In this document: piece after piece, positions 1 through 9,494 of the stretch | Layout of the letters: every line of letters begins with the position of its first letter | How positions within the stretch are numbered: the stretch's first letter is position 1 | IMG/VR virus record: IMGVR_UViG_3300037782_000050 | Coordinates: 1-38,435 of that record | Length of the DNA stretch: 38,435 nt | DNA from: a virus | Taxonomy: Duplodnaviria > Caudoviricetes | Strand: one strand, 5' to 3' | The notes under the pieces: model-generated | Database searches by the model: none | The model's input: only the letters and a program-made list of their open reading frames with translations | What the model was told of the DNA's origin: nothing | Translations under genes and position numbers: made by a program

Positions 1-127
1 TGGAGAAGATGCTTGTCCACGGCGAGGGCGACCGGTACGGGCAGCCGTATCGGTTGTTGCCGTGGCATCGGGAGTTCCTGTGGCGCTGGTTCGAGTGCGA
101 CCCGGGCGCGGCGTTGTGGTGGTACCT
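1..127. repeat. 127-bp terminal direct repeat (copy 1), circular assembly overlap
   Basis: Identical to 38309-38435; falls inside terL; 127 is a common assembler k-mer size. Confidence 0.95.
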
Positions 128-1532
128 CGAGGCGCTGATCGGCGCCGAGCGGGGCGCAGTGAAGACCGAGATGCTCGCCGGCCTCGCGCATCTGGAGATG
201 GTCGGGCCTGATCCGATCCGTCGGCCGTCGACGCCGATCGTGCAGATGGCTGCGGCGTCGTTCGATCAGGCCGGGGAGTTGTTCCGGCAGGCGCAGATCA
301 TGGCCGGCGGAGCGAAGGGCGAGGAGATCTCCTGCCCTCTGGCGGGCCTGTATGACGTGTTCGACACCGAGATCCTCTTTGCCGACGGCAGGCCGGGCCG
401 GATTCAGCGGGTCGCCGCGGTGGCGGGCACGAACGAAGGCGGCAAGGCCAGCCTCGTGCTGGCGGACGAGCTCGCCGAGTGGACGGGCCGCAAGGCGCGG
501 CTGCACACGGTGCTCACAGCGTCGCTGACGAAGCGGACCCCGGACCCGGGAAGGTCGATCGGGATCTCGATGGCGGGTGTCGGGAAGGGCACGCTGCCGC
601 CGCGCGACTGGGACCCGCTGCTGTGGCGCCTCTACGCCCGAGGGCTGCTCGAAGCCGACGACCCCGAGTCGAGATTCCTGCTCGACTGGGCCGGCGCCGG
701 CGAGGACTGGGACCTCGACGACCCCCACGAGTGTCGCGAAGCCCTCCGAGAGATGCGCGGCGCCGACGTCACCTGGTCCGTCGACGTCCGAGCCAGAGAG
801 ATTTTGTCCCGGAAGATGCCCCGCAGCGAGGCCCGTCGCCTGTACCTGTGCCAGTGGACCGACACCCCGGTCGATTCGTGGCTCCTCGAGCTCCCCGGCG
901 CCTGGTCCGAGTGCGCAGCCGGCGCCGACGCCCACCCAGACGACGGCGCGGAGGTCGTCGTCGGCGTCGACATGGCGTTGCACTCCGATCACGTCGGCGT
1001 CGTCGTCGCCGGACGCCTCTCAGACGGCCGCGTCGGCTGGTGGGCCCGGGGCTGGGCACCGGTGGACGGCCGGATCGATCACCTCGACGTGTTCCGCACC
1101 ATCGCCGGCACCATCGCGACCCGCTGGCGGGTCCAATCCGTCGTGTACGACCCGAGATTCTTCGAGATCCCAGCGAACATGCTCGCCGATCAGGGCATCA
1201 CCGTCATCGAGTTCCCCCAGTCCCCCGAACGGCTCGTCCCCGCCGACGGGTTGCTGTACGAGCTCGTCCGCACCGCCGAGCTCGCCCACCCCTCCGACCC
1301 GACTCTCGACCTGCACGCTGAGCGGGCGGCGTGGCGCGAGACCGAACGAGGCCGGTACCTCGCCAAGAGCAGGAGCGGCGGGCACATGGACCTGATCCGG
1401 GCTGGGTCGATGGCCACCTACGAGCTGTTGATGGGCGACGGACCGGCCGAACAGCACGCCGCGGCGACCGCAGCCGTCGCGTCGGGCGACGACCGGGACT
1501 TCTGGCGGCCGAGAGGGAGGTTGAACCTGTGA
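9..1532 (+). CDS. terL: Terminase large subunit (true start wraps to GTG 38254)
   Basis: LVHGEGD N-terminal motif, variant Walker A ERGAVKTE, Walker B LVLADE, nuclease VGVDMALHSD and C-terminal MDLIRA; follows terS across the circular junction. Confidence 0.93.
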   Translation: MLVHGEGDRYGQPYRLLPWHREFLWRWFECDPGAALWWYLEALIGAERGAVKTEMLAGLAHLEMVGPDPIRRPSTPIVQMAAASFDQAGELFRQAQIMAGGAKGEEISCPLAGLYDVFDTEILFADGRPGRIQRVAAVAGTNEGGKASLVLADELAEWTGRKARLHTVLTASLTKRTPDPGRSIGISMAGVGKGTLPPRDWDPLLWRLYARGLLEADDPESRFLLDWAGAGEDWDLDDPHECREALREMRGADVTWSVDVRAREILSRKMPRSEARRLYLCQWTDTPVDSWLLELPGAWSECAAGADAHPDDGAEVVVGVDMALHSDHVGVVVAGRLSDGRVGWWARGWAPVDGRIDHLDVFRTIAGTIATRWRVQSVVYDPRFFEIPANMLADQGITVIEFPQSPERLVPADGLLYELVRTAELAHPSDPTLDLHAERAAWRETERGRYLAKSRSGGHMDLIRAGSMATYELLMGDGPAEQHAAATAAVASGDDRDFWRPRGRLNL

Positions 1533-2989
1533 GAAACCCCCTCCGCCGCCAGACCGCATCGATCGACCACGGCCGGCGCGCTCCGGTGCGGGAAGCGACC
1601 CTCGAGCAGCTTGTGAAGTCCGGCGCGACCGGCTGGTCCGGCGGCGACGGCGTCGACGACGAGGCCGGATTCCGGTCGATCTCGGGCCCGTCAGGCCGTC
1701 CGGTGCCGGCCTGGACCCGTGAACAGGCCGTCCGACACTCCGTCGCCGCCTACCGCACGAACCCGATGGCCCGATCGATCATCGAGACCCAGATCGCGTT
1801 CATCGTCGGCGACTCCGGCGTCACCGTGCACTCCTCGGTCCCTGAGGTCAACGAGATCGCCTCCGGGTTCTGGACCGACCCCCGCAACGCCATCGACCAG
1901 GAACGCATGCTCCGCTCGCACCTCCTCGAGGGCGAGTCGCTCTACGAGATGATGGTCGGCGCGACGACCGGTGTCGTGCGCCGCTCGGTGATCGACACCG
2001 GGAGAATCCGTCACGTCGGGCTTCTCAACGGGAACCCGTTGTGGATCGACACCGTGTCGGTCGCCGATCCGCAGGTCGCAGGCGCTGCCAAGGTCCTGCC
2101 CGTGGTGCAACCCAATGACGTCACGGGCCTCTACTCGGGTCTGGCGATGTTCTGGGCCAGCTTTCAAGCGCTCGAGACCGACACCCGCGGCTACCCGTTC
2201 CTGTCGACGGTGCTGGACTGGGTCGACAACTACGAGCAGGTCATGAACAACCTCGTCGACCGCACCGCGCTCAGTCGATATCTGGTGTGGGACGTCGAGA
2301 TCGACGGCGACGACACCGCCGTCAAGCAGTTCGTGAAGGACCGCGGCTCCCTCGCACCGCCACGGTCCGGGTCGATCGAGGTGCACAACAAGGCCGTCAA
2401 CTGGAAGCCCCTCACCGCGCAATCCGGAGCGTTCGAGGACACCGCCACCGCGGCGTCGCTGCTCACCTCCGTCGCCGCCGGCGCGGGCCTGTCGAAGCCA
2501 TGGCTGGCCGAGACCGACGACGTCAACAAGGCCACGTCGTGGTCGATGGCAGAACCGGTCCGGCGGCGCATCGGATCGATCCAGAAGACGTGGCTCGCCC
2601 GTCAGACCGAGATGGTCCGCTACGCCGTCGACCAGGCCGTCATCGCCGGCCGCCTCCCCGCCCTCGTCGACGCCCCCGACGGCCGCCGCGTGCTCGCCTC
2701 GTCGACCGTCACCGTCACCGGCCCAGCCCTCGCAGCGACCGACGCCAAGATCACCGCAGGCGTGCTCGTCTCCCTGTCCCGGTCCCTGTCCGAGATGGTC
2801 GCCGCCGGTCTCCTCACCCCCGAAGCCGCTCGTGTCGCGGTGCGGAAGGGCTGGGAGGACTACGTCGGTGTCCCGTGGCGCCCAGAGCTCGACGACCTGA
2901 CCTCACCGGACGCCGACACCGACGACATCGCCACCGAGCTCGACGCCACCGGCACCGCCTCCCCGCCTGCGCTCGCAGGAACCCCCTGA
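1529..2989 (+). CDS. Portal protein
   Basis: GTG start overlapping terL stop (GTGA); about 486 aa directly after terL; YRTNPMARSII, RGYPFL and NKATSWSM resemble portal motifs. Confidence 0.85.
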   Translation: MRNPLRRQTASIDHGRRAPVREATLEQLVKSGATGWSGGDGVDDEAGFRSISGPSGRPVPAWTREQAVRHSVAAYRTNPMARSIIETQIAFIVGDSGVTVHSSVPEVNEIASGFWTDPRNAIDQERMLRSHLLEGESLYEMMVGATTGVVRRSVIDTGRIRHVGLLNGNPLWIDTVSVADPQVAGAAKVLPVVQPNDVTGLYSGLAMFWASFQALETDTRGYPFLSTVLDWVDNYEQVMNNLVDRTALSRYLVWDVEIDGDDTAVKQFVKDRGSLAPPRSGSIEVHNKAVNWKPLTAQSGAFEDTATAASLLTSVAAGAGLSKPWLAETDDVNKATSWSMAEPVRRRIGSIQKTWLARQTEMVRYAVDQAVIAGRLPALVDAPDGRRVLASSTVTVTGPALAATDAKITAGVLVSLSRSLSEMVAAGLLTPEAARVAVRKGWEDYVGVPWRPELDDLTSPDADTDDIATELDATGTASPPALAGTP

Positions 2990-3005
2990 CCCCAGGAGCA
3001 CCCTC

Positions 3006-3521
3006 ATGTCCGAGCACGACCAGTTCATCACCCGCGCCTCGTACGCGGTCGGTGTGCATCACGACCAGGTCGCCAAGGTCCTCGACGCCGACGGCGCCGA
3101 GATCACCGACGGCGACTTCACGACCCCTCTCGATGGCTGCGTCGTGCTCGTCGAGCTCCGCATGGTCCGGTCCGGTGATCCGGTCATCGTCCGCGAGGCC
3201 CGCCGCGTGCTACCGCAGGGCGCCGGCCACGAGCACGCCGTCGACGACGACGGCAACGTGATCCGCGAGATCGTCCCCGACGACGACGAGATCGCACGCC
3301 GCGCCGAGCTCGCCGCCGAAGCCGACGGCGACACCGCGGACGACGAGGAGAGCGCAGAGGGCGACGGCGCGCTTGAGGATCTGACCGTCGCCGAGCTGCG
3401 TGACCTTGCTGCGGACCGGGACGTCGTCGTCTCGGCGAAGGCCACGAAGGCCGAACTGATCGAGGTTCTCACCGAAGCCGGCGGCGACACCGCGGACGAA
3501 GACGACGAGGGCGGCGACTGA
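3006..3521 (+). CDS. Acidic head-associated protein with C-terminal HeH/SAP/Rho-N-like helical domain
   Basis: SD aggag; DLTVAELRDLAADRDVVVSAKATKAELIEVL fits the helix-extension-helix pattern; lies between portal and capsid. Confidence 0.7.
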   Translation: MSEHDQFITRASYAVGVHHDQVAKVLDADGAEITDGDFTTPLDGCVVLVELRMVRSGDPVIVREARRVLPQGAGHEHAVDDDGNVIREIVPDDDEIARRAELAAEADGDTADDEESAEGDGALEDLTVAELRDLAADRDVVVSAKATKAELIEVLTEAGGDTADEDDEGGD

Positions 3522-5911
3522 TGCCGAAGCGGCGCGGGATGCCCCGCCACCGGCGCCGAGAGGCGCTGGCCGACTCCACGATCCGGCAGCTCCTCACCGC
3601 CGCAGGGCGCGAGCGGTGGCCCGACGGATGGGCGTACATCGTCGACCACAACGAGGGCGACGGGTGGGTCGTGTTCGACGTCGAAGAGCACGACGACGGC
3701 GCATGGGTCTACAACCAGTACAAGATCGGCTTCACCCTGACCGACACCGAACCTGTCGGCGTGACTCTCGTCGGCGAACCGGAGAAGGTCGTCGCCAACG
3801 CCGACTATGTCGTCGCGGAGGCGAAGCGGGTCAACGCCACCGCGCACGGCCGGGTCCTCGAAGCCAAGGGCACCGCCGAGGACGGGACTCGCGTGTGGCG
3901 AGCGGTGGTGATCGAGGCCGGCGAGTCGCTCAACGGCCGCCTCTACGAGGCCGCCACCCTCGAGAAGGCCGCCACGCTCTACGACGGCGCGAAGGTCTAC
4001 AACCGGCACCGCACCCTCACAGACCTCCAGACCTCCACCACGGAGGGCCTCGTCGGCTATCTGCGGGGCCCGGAGTTCACCGGCGGAGCGATCGAGGCCG
4101 ACCTGCACCTGTTCGCCTCCGCGACGGGACTGGCCGAAGCGCTCGACGCGTCCGTCGAGGTGGCCGGCGCGGGGCTGGACCCGATCGTCGGTCTCTCCCA
4201 TGACGTCCTTGCGACCGGCGTCGCGGTCACGGTCGAGGGCCGTCAGGTCGATCAGATCCGATCCATCGAGCAAGTCCTGTCTGTCGACGTCGTCGCAGAC
4301 CCAGCGTCCGGTGGCCGCGCCCTGAGGGTCGTGGCCGGCGGCATAGATCCCGACACCCAACCCAACCCAGCAACGTCCGAGGAGGACATCACCATGGAGC
4401 GACTGAAGGAGCTCATGGCCAAGCACCTGGGCGGCACCATCACCGACGAGGAGCGCGGCGAGCTCGCAACGCTCCTCGACGATGAGTTGGGTGTCGACCT
4501 AGAGGCCATCACCACCCCCACCGCCGAGACCGAGACCGAGACCGAGGTCGCTGACGAGAAGGACCCGGTCGCTGCCGGTGCCGTCTCCGAGGCCCGCCGG
4601 TTCGAGGCGGCCAGCTTCGAAGGTCAGGCGATCATCCGCACCGCCCTCGATGGCGTCCCTGCACGCATGCGCGAGGCAGCCGAGAAGCTGATCCCGGCGA
4701 AGTTCACCGAGTCCGACCTGCGGAACATCCTGGCCCCGACCCAGGCCATCGCCGCCGAACTGGAGAAGCAGGGCCTTCTCGAGGAGGGACCCTCCGTGGG
4801 CCACGTCCAGGTGACCAAGGAGTCGCACGACAAGCTTGTCGAGCGTCTCGACGCCACCTTCGCCGAGAAGCCCGGCGGATTCCGGTCGTTCTCGGAGATG
4901 TTCGCCGAGTTCAATGATGGCGATTGGCGTTCGACGGAGTCGACCGACTTCGGGTACGTCATGCTCAGCGACCTCTACGGCGCAACCCGCCGAGAGGGGC
5001 GCGTGTCCGAAGCCGTCGCAGCGAGCACCTTCGCTCAGGCTCTCGGCGACTCGATCACCCGGGCGCTTGTCGACGCGTACTCGTTGCCGCAGCTGTCCAA
5101 CTGGGAACAGGTCGTGTCGAGGCAGCGCAACGTCAACGACTTCCGAGAGCAGAAGCGACCGCGCGTCGGTGGATACGGAACGCTGCCGACCGTCGCTGAA
5201 TCGGGGTCGTACAACGCCCTCACGACACCCGGCGACGAGGAGGTGACCTACAGCCTCACGAAGAAGGGTGGCACCGAGAAGGTCACCTACGAGGCCGTGA
5301 TGAACGACGACATCGGGGTGCTTGCCCAGATCCCGACGAAGCTCGGGCGTGCCGCTGCGCAGACCCTGTATCGCGCCGTCTGGAACAGCATCGTGACGAA
5401 TCCGACGATCTACGACAGCACAGCGCTGTTCCATGCGTCGCATGGAAACCTCGGGTCGGCGGCGCTCGATGCGGCCGCGTTGTCTGCGGCGCGCACCGCG
5501 ATGATGACGCAGACCGCCTACGGCGACAGTTCCGAGGTGCTGGGCTACCTCCCGCAGTACCTCATCGTCCCCGCGGCGCTGCGCGACACCGGGTTCGAGC
5601 TCACGGAGTCGGCGGTCGCTGTCACCAGCGGCAAGGACGCAACCGTCCCGAACGTCAACGGTGGACTCAACCTGATCACCCTTCCGTACCTGTCCGACGC
5701 CAACAACTGGTTCGTGGTGGCCGACCCTGCGCTGTGCCCCACGATCGAGGTCGGGTGGCTGCGAGGGCAGCGTGACCCGGAGCTGTTCGTCCAGGACATG
5801 GGCAACGTCGGGTCGGTGTTCGCCACAGACGAGGTGACCTACAAGGTCCGACACATCTTCGGTGTCAGCGTCCTCGACTACCGCGGCTTCTACGGCGCGG
5901 TCGTCACCTGA
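3521..5911 (+). CDS. Prohead protease-scaffold-major capsid fusion (Mu gpT-like HK97-fold capsid)
   Basis: Protease region IEAGESLNGRLY..YNRH..VGLSHD..SVDVVADPASGG; acidic helical scaffold; capsid motifs VNDFREQKR, NDDIGVLAQIPTKLGRAAA, YLIVPAAL, YKVRHIFG..DYRG. Confidence 0.9.
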   Translation: MPKRRGMPRHRRREALADSTIRQLLTAAGRERWPDGWAYIVDHNEGDGWVVFDVEEHDDGAWVYNQYKIGFTLTDTEPVGVTLVGEPEKVVANADYVVAEAKRVNATAHGRVLEAKGTAEDGTRVWRAVVIEAGESLNGRLYEAATLEKAATLYDGAKVYNRHRTLTDLQTSTTEGLVGYLRGPEFTGGAIEADLHLFASATGLAEALDASVEVAGAGLDPIVGLSHDVLATGVAVTVEGRQVDQIRSIEQVLSVDVVADPASGGRALRVVAGGIDPDTQPNPATSEEDITMERLKELMAKHLGGTITDEERGELATLLDDELGVDLEAITTPTAETETETEVADEKDPVAAGAVSEARRFEAASFEGQAIIRTALDGVPARMREAAEKLIPAKFTESDLRNILAPTQAIAAELEKQGLLEEGPSVGHVQVTKESHDKLVERLDATFAEKPGGFRSFSEMFAEFNDGDWRSTESTDFGYVMLSDLYGATRREGRVSEAVAASTFAQALGDSITRALVDAYSLPQLSNWEQVVSRQRNVNDFREQKRPRVGGYGTLPTVAESGSYNALTTPGDEEVTYSLTKKGGTEKVTYEAVMNDDIGVLAQIPTKLGRAAAQTLYRAVWNSIVTNPTIYDSTALFHASHGNLGSAALDAAALSAARTAMMTQTAYGDSSEVLGYLPQYLIVPAALRDTGFELTESAVAVTSGKDATVPNVNGGLNLITLPYLSDANNWFVVADPALCPTIEVGWLRGQRDPELFVQDMGNVGSVFATDEVTYKVRHIFGVSVLDYRGFYGAVVT

Positions 5912-5924
5912 TCCACCCCAGGCA

Positions 5925-5968
5925 GGCCCCCTCGCCAGGACTCCCCCCAAGCCCCTGGCGAGGGGGCC
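5925..5968 (+). terminator. 15-bp perfect stem-loop after capsid gene (terminator/attenuator or mRNA stabiliser)
   Basis: ggccccctcgccagg (5925-5939) pairs with cctggcgagggggcc (5954-5968); no U-tract. Confidence 0.65.
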
Positions 5969-5996
5969 ACCGCCGCCGCTATCGAAGGGAGCGTCT

Positions 5997-6935
5997 GTGC
6001 GGACACCACATCACCGTCTCGTGTTGGGCGCTCCCGGGACGATCCGCTGGTCCGCGGTCGACGCCGACGGCGAACCCGTCGAACTCGAAGCCGCACCGAC
6101 CATTGCCGCCGTCGATCACGACGGCACCGAGACCATCGAGTCCACAGCGATGGTTGCCGCCGGCGACGCCGCGGAGGGCCGCTGGGAGCACGGCATCGCC
6201 GCGGCCGACATCGCTGCCCTCGGCGAATGGACCGCCACCATCACCGCAGACGGCGTCGCGCACATCCTGATCGTCGACGTCGCCCCGGCGCGGCTGCTCA
6301 CGATGCGCGAACTGATCGACTACGAACCGTCGATCACCGCGTCAGAGGCAGCGCAGCGTCGTGAGCTGCTCGCTGCGGAGCTCGACTGTGAGCACATCTG
6401 CGGTCGGGCGTTCGTGCCCAGATGGCGGCGCGACGTCCTCGACGGCGCCGGCGTCGACGTCATCGAGCTCGAACGCGGCGACGTGCACGCCATCCACAGT
6501 CTCACCGTCGACGGGACCGCGTGGCCGGTCACGTCGTCGGACATCGTTGTCGAGGGCGACGTGATCCGGCATCGACAACGGGTGTTCCCGACCGGTGTCG
6601 GGAACATCGTCGTCACCTACACCGCAGGGTGGGACGCTCCGCCGCCGACACTGAAGCGGGCGATCGCCCGGGCCGTCCGATCGGGGCTCTATCAGGGCCG
6701 CACCGTCGTCCCCGACGGAGCGTCGTCGTACACCGCGGACGGCACCACCTACACGATCCGTGACGTCGCGCCGCTCGAAACCGGGATCGGCTGGGTCGAC
6801 TCGATCTACGCCCGCTACTCGGCGCGCAAGACGACCGGCGACGGCAGCGACAGCGGCGACTCGGGCGCGTTCTCAGCTGCGTGGGCCCGGATCGACGTCG
6901 ACCCGGGCGGCCGGCTGTTCTCCGCCCGCCGATAG
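5997..6935 (+). CDS. Head-tail adaptor/connector with N-terminal beta-rich extension
   Basis: GTG after SD gaaggga; CEHICGRAF and NIVVTYTAGWDAPPPTLKRAI typical of gp6/gp15-like adaptors; follows capsid. Confidence 0.75.
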   Translation: MRTPHHRLVLGAPGTIRWSAVDADGEPVELEAAPTIAAVDHDGTETIESTAMVAAGDAAEGRWEHGIAAADIAALGEWTATITADGVAHILIVDVAPARLLTMRELIDYEPSITASEAAQRRELLAAELDCEHICGRAFVPRWRRDVLDGAGVDVIELERGDVHAIHSLTVDGTAWPVTSSDIVVEGDVIRHRQRVFPTGVGNIVVTYTAGWDAPPPTLKRAIARAVRSGLYQGRTVVPDGASSYTADGTTYTIRDVAPLETGIGWVDSIYARYSARKTTGDGSDSGDSGAFSAAWARIDVDPGGRLFSARR

Positions 6936-7023
6936 ATCGCCTGGCCGTGCCCCTCGACGCCTGTCGGGGGCCGACAAGGGGCGCGGCCCGGCGTCCCACC
7001 TCCCCCGACGAAGGGACCCGCTC

Positions 7024-7518
7024 GTGTCGTCCACACGTGTCGCCGCAGGCGAACGCATCCTGAGCCTCGTCGCCGGGCACGCCAACCTCGACGTGACCGA
7101 AGGCCGCGCCACCCGCATCTCCACGCACCGTGTCGACCTCGGTGTCGGGGTCGAGGTCATCCACCTCGGCGACATCCGCGCCGTCGACGTCGAAGCCCAC
7201 GGCTTCACCGGCCCCGAGTGGTCCCTCGAGTGGCGCGACACATTCGAGATCGACGTGTGGTGCGTCGTGACCCGCCCCGGCGACACCGCGGACGATGCCC
7301 GCCGCCGCTGCGGCGCCCTCGTCGACGCCGTCATGGAGACCGTCACAGCGAACAAGGTCCTCGCCCGCGACACCGACCCGCACCCCGACCTCGCGGGCGT
7401 CGCGCACGCAGTCCCGTCCGATCTCGACGGCCCGCACTCCGACGCTGCGCAGGAGGGCTACCTCTCGGTCGCGAGGGTCGGGATCACCGTCGTCGCTCAG
7501 CGCCTGAACGCCTACTGA
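7024..7518 (+). CDS. Head-tail joining / tail terminator-like protein
   Basis: GTG after SD gaaggga; 164 aa; position before tail tube; alpha/beta pattern ending in a beta strand. Confidence 0.55.
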   Translation: MSSTRVAAGERILSLVAGHANLDVTEGRATRISTHRVDLGVGVEVIHLGDIRAVDVEAHGFTGPEWSLEWRDTFEIDVWCVVTRPGDTADDARRRCGALVDAVMETVTANKVLARDTDPHPDLAGVAHAVPSDLDGPHSDAAQEGYLSVARVGITVVAQRLNAY

Positions 7519-7533
7519 ACCTCTGGAGCCCCG

Positions 7534-7800
7534 ATGACCCGCATGATCGTTCCCGGCGACACCGCGCCCGAAGGCCTCACCGACGACGAGATGGCCGCGT
7601 GGCGGCGCGAGACAGCGCTGATCATCCCTGCGCTCGCCGTCGCAGGCGTCTGCCCAGGCGACGTCATCGAAGTCCACGCCGACCTCGTCGACCAGCTCGA
7701 GGCCCAGGGCTGGGCCAAGGCACCCGCACGGCGGGCCCGCACCAAGACGAAGAAGTCCGACCCCGACGCATCTGTTGAGCCTGAGGAGGCCACCGAATGA
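7534..7800 (+). CDS. Small hypothetical protein upstream of tail tube
   Basis: SD ggag; GDVIEV..LEAQGW motif common in small virion-region genes; stop overlaps next ATG. Confidence 0.6.
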   Translation: MTRMIVPGDTAPEGLTDDEMAAWRRETALIIPALAVAGVCPGDVIEVHADLVDQLEAQGWAKAPARRARTKTKKSDPDASVEPEEATE

Positions 7801-9041
7801 GCACCGCCAACTCCCAGCTCGGCGTCGCCGCGGAGACGGCCGCCGCGCCGACCATCGACTCCACCAGCTACGCCGCGGGTCCGCCCCCGACACTGTCGAT
7901 CACCTTCGACGAGGCGCACGGCCTCGTCGCTCACGAATCGTGGGTCACCCTCGCCGGGTTCACCCCCACCACCTACAACGGGCTCCGGGTCCCGGTGATC
8001 GCTGTCGGGTCGGCGACGGTCGCGACGGTCCTGTTGCCCTCTGCGCTGGGCGCGCCGACCGTCGACGGCACCGCCACGAAGCAGACCCCCGGCGTCGCGG
8101 CGACCGTCGACCGGTTCTACATCCCGAACAAGATCGGGATCGTCACCAAGCCCGAGCGGATCACCTCCGAAGGCATCCGGCGCGGGACCCGGACCCGATC
8201 GAAGTCCGATGTCGTCCCGGTCCAGGGCATTCCGAAGGGGCCTCTGTCGTTCGAGGTCCGCAACAAGGGCTTCGGGTTCTGGTGGCAGCGGATCATGGGC
8301 GGCGCCGTCGAGACGACCTCGCTGGGCGGGTCCCCGGCTGCGTACCTGCACGAGTGGGAGCTCGGCTCCCTCAACGGCGACACGTTCACCGCGCAAGGCA
8401 ACCGTCCGTTCCGGACCGGGATCGATCGGCCCGTGAACTGGCTCGGCTGCAAGATCAACAAGGCGACCGTCGCGATGAAGCGCAACGGCATGCTGATGCT
8501 CGACGTCGACGTCATCGCCCTCACCGAGGACGACACCATCGCGCTCGCCGCTGCGAGCTACGTCGCGAACGCCGAGCCGGCATCGTTCTGCGGCGCGTCG
8601 CTGTCCATCGACGGCGTCGCGGTCCCCGCCCTCGAGTGGGAGTTCACCGTCGAGAACAGCCTCGAGTCCGACACGCGCCGGCTCCGCCAGAACTGCGCAC
8701 CCATGGAGCCCCTCCACGATGGCGACGTCGAGGTCTCGTGGAAGGCGACCGTCGACTGGCGCGACTACACCTTCCGGAACAAGTACCAGTCGCTCGCCGG
8801 GTCGACCGGGATCACCGGCGCGCTGGTCATGTCGGCGCGGTGGCCGGTCGCGATCTCCGGCAGCAACTACCCGGAGCTCATCGCGACGATGCCCGCCGCG
8901 GAGTTCGACGGCGGCGACCCCTCGGTCGACGGGATCGAGCTGCTCACCCAGACCATCGAAGGCGTCGCGCTCGACCCGGAGACCGGGTCCGGCGCCACTG
9001 CGCTCAAGGTCGGCTACCGCACGAGCGACGCCACCCCCTGA
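7797..9041 (+). CDS. Major tail (tube) protein
   Basis: SQLGVAAET N-terminus, AYLHEWELG, GCKINKATV, WEFTVENSL motifs; upstream of chaperones and TMP; SD gaggagg. Confidence 0.85.
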   Translation: MSTANSQLGVAAETAAAPTIDSTSYAAGPPPTLSITFDEAHGLVAHESWVTLAGFTPTTYNGLRVPVIAVGSATVATVLLPSALGAPTVDGTATKQTPGVAATVDRFYIPNKIGIVTKPERITSEGIRRGTRTRSKSDVVPVQGIPKGPLSFEVRNKGFGFWWQRIMGGAVETTSLGGSPAAYLHEWELGSLNGDTFTAQGNRPFRTGIDRPVNWLGCKINKATVAMKRNGMLMLDVDVIALTEDDTIALAAASYVANAEPASFCGASLSIDGVAVPALEWEFTVENSLESDTRRLRQNCAPMEPLHDGDVEVSWKATVDWRDYTFRNKYQSLAGSTGITGALVMSARWPVAISGSNYPELIATMPAAEFDGGDPSVDGIELLTQTIEGVALDPETGSGATALKVGYRTSDATP

Positions 9042-9448
9042 TGTCTGACCTCAGCGGCCTCACGTTCGACACCGCCGAACTCGACCGCCTGGTGCGCGAC
9101 CTCGAACGAGGCCGGTCCCGGATCGGGGCGACGATGCGTCGCATCCATTCCGAGGCCGGCAGCCGCCTCGAGCAAGCCGGCCGGTCGCGGGCGTCTGGCT
9201 ATGGCGGTGTGCGCGCCAAGGCCGCACCGTCGCTGTCGCAGGCGGCGACCGAGCGGGCGATGGAGTTCTCGATCGGCGGCGCCGGCTACGCCGCCGGAGC
9301 GTTCTTCGGGTCGATCCGGTACCGCAGGTTCCCCTCCTATGTAGGCCCGAGTGTGGAGTCGATCTACGGCCTCGGCGACGCCTTCGAAGCCGAGTGGCGC
9401 GACCTCGAACGGATCTACCAGGACCGCCTCGCCGAGCTCATCGAATGA
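9041..9448 (+). CDS. HK97 gp10-like tail-associated protein
   Basis: ATG overlapping tail-tube stop; ELDRLVRDL..GAGYAAGAFFGS pattern; 135 aa. Confidence 0.55.
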   Translation: MSDLSGLTFDTAELDRLVRDLERGRSRIGATMRRIHSEAGSRLEQAGRSRASGYGGVRAKAAPSLSQAATERAMEFSIGGAGYAAGAFFGSIRYRRFPSYVGPSVESIYGLGDAFEAEWRDLERIYQDRLAELIE

Positions 9449-9494
9449 CCCGGGCGCGCCCGCGCCCACACCCCGACAACCAGGAGACCCCGAC

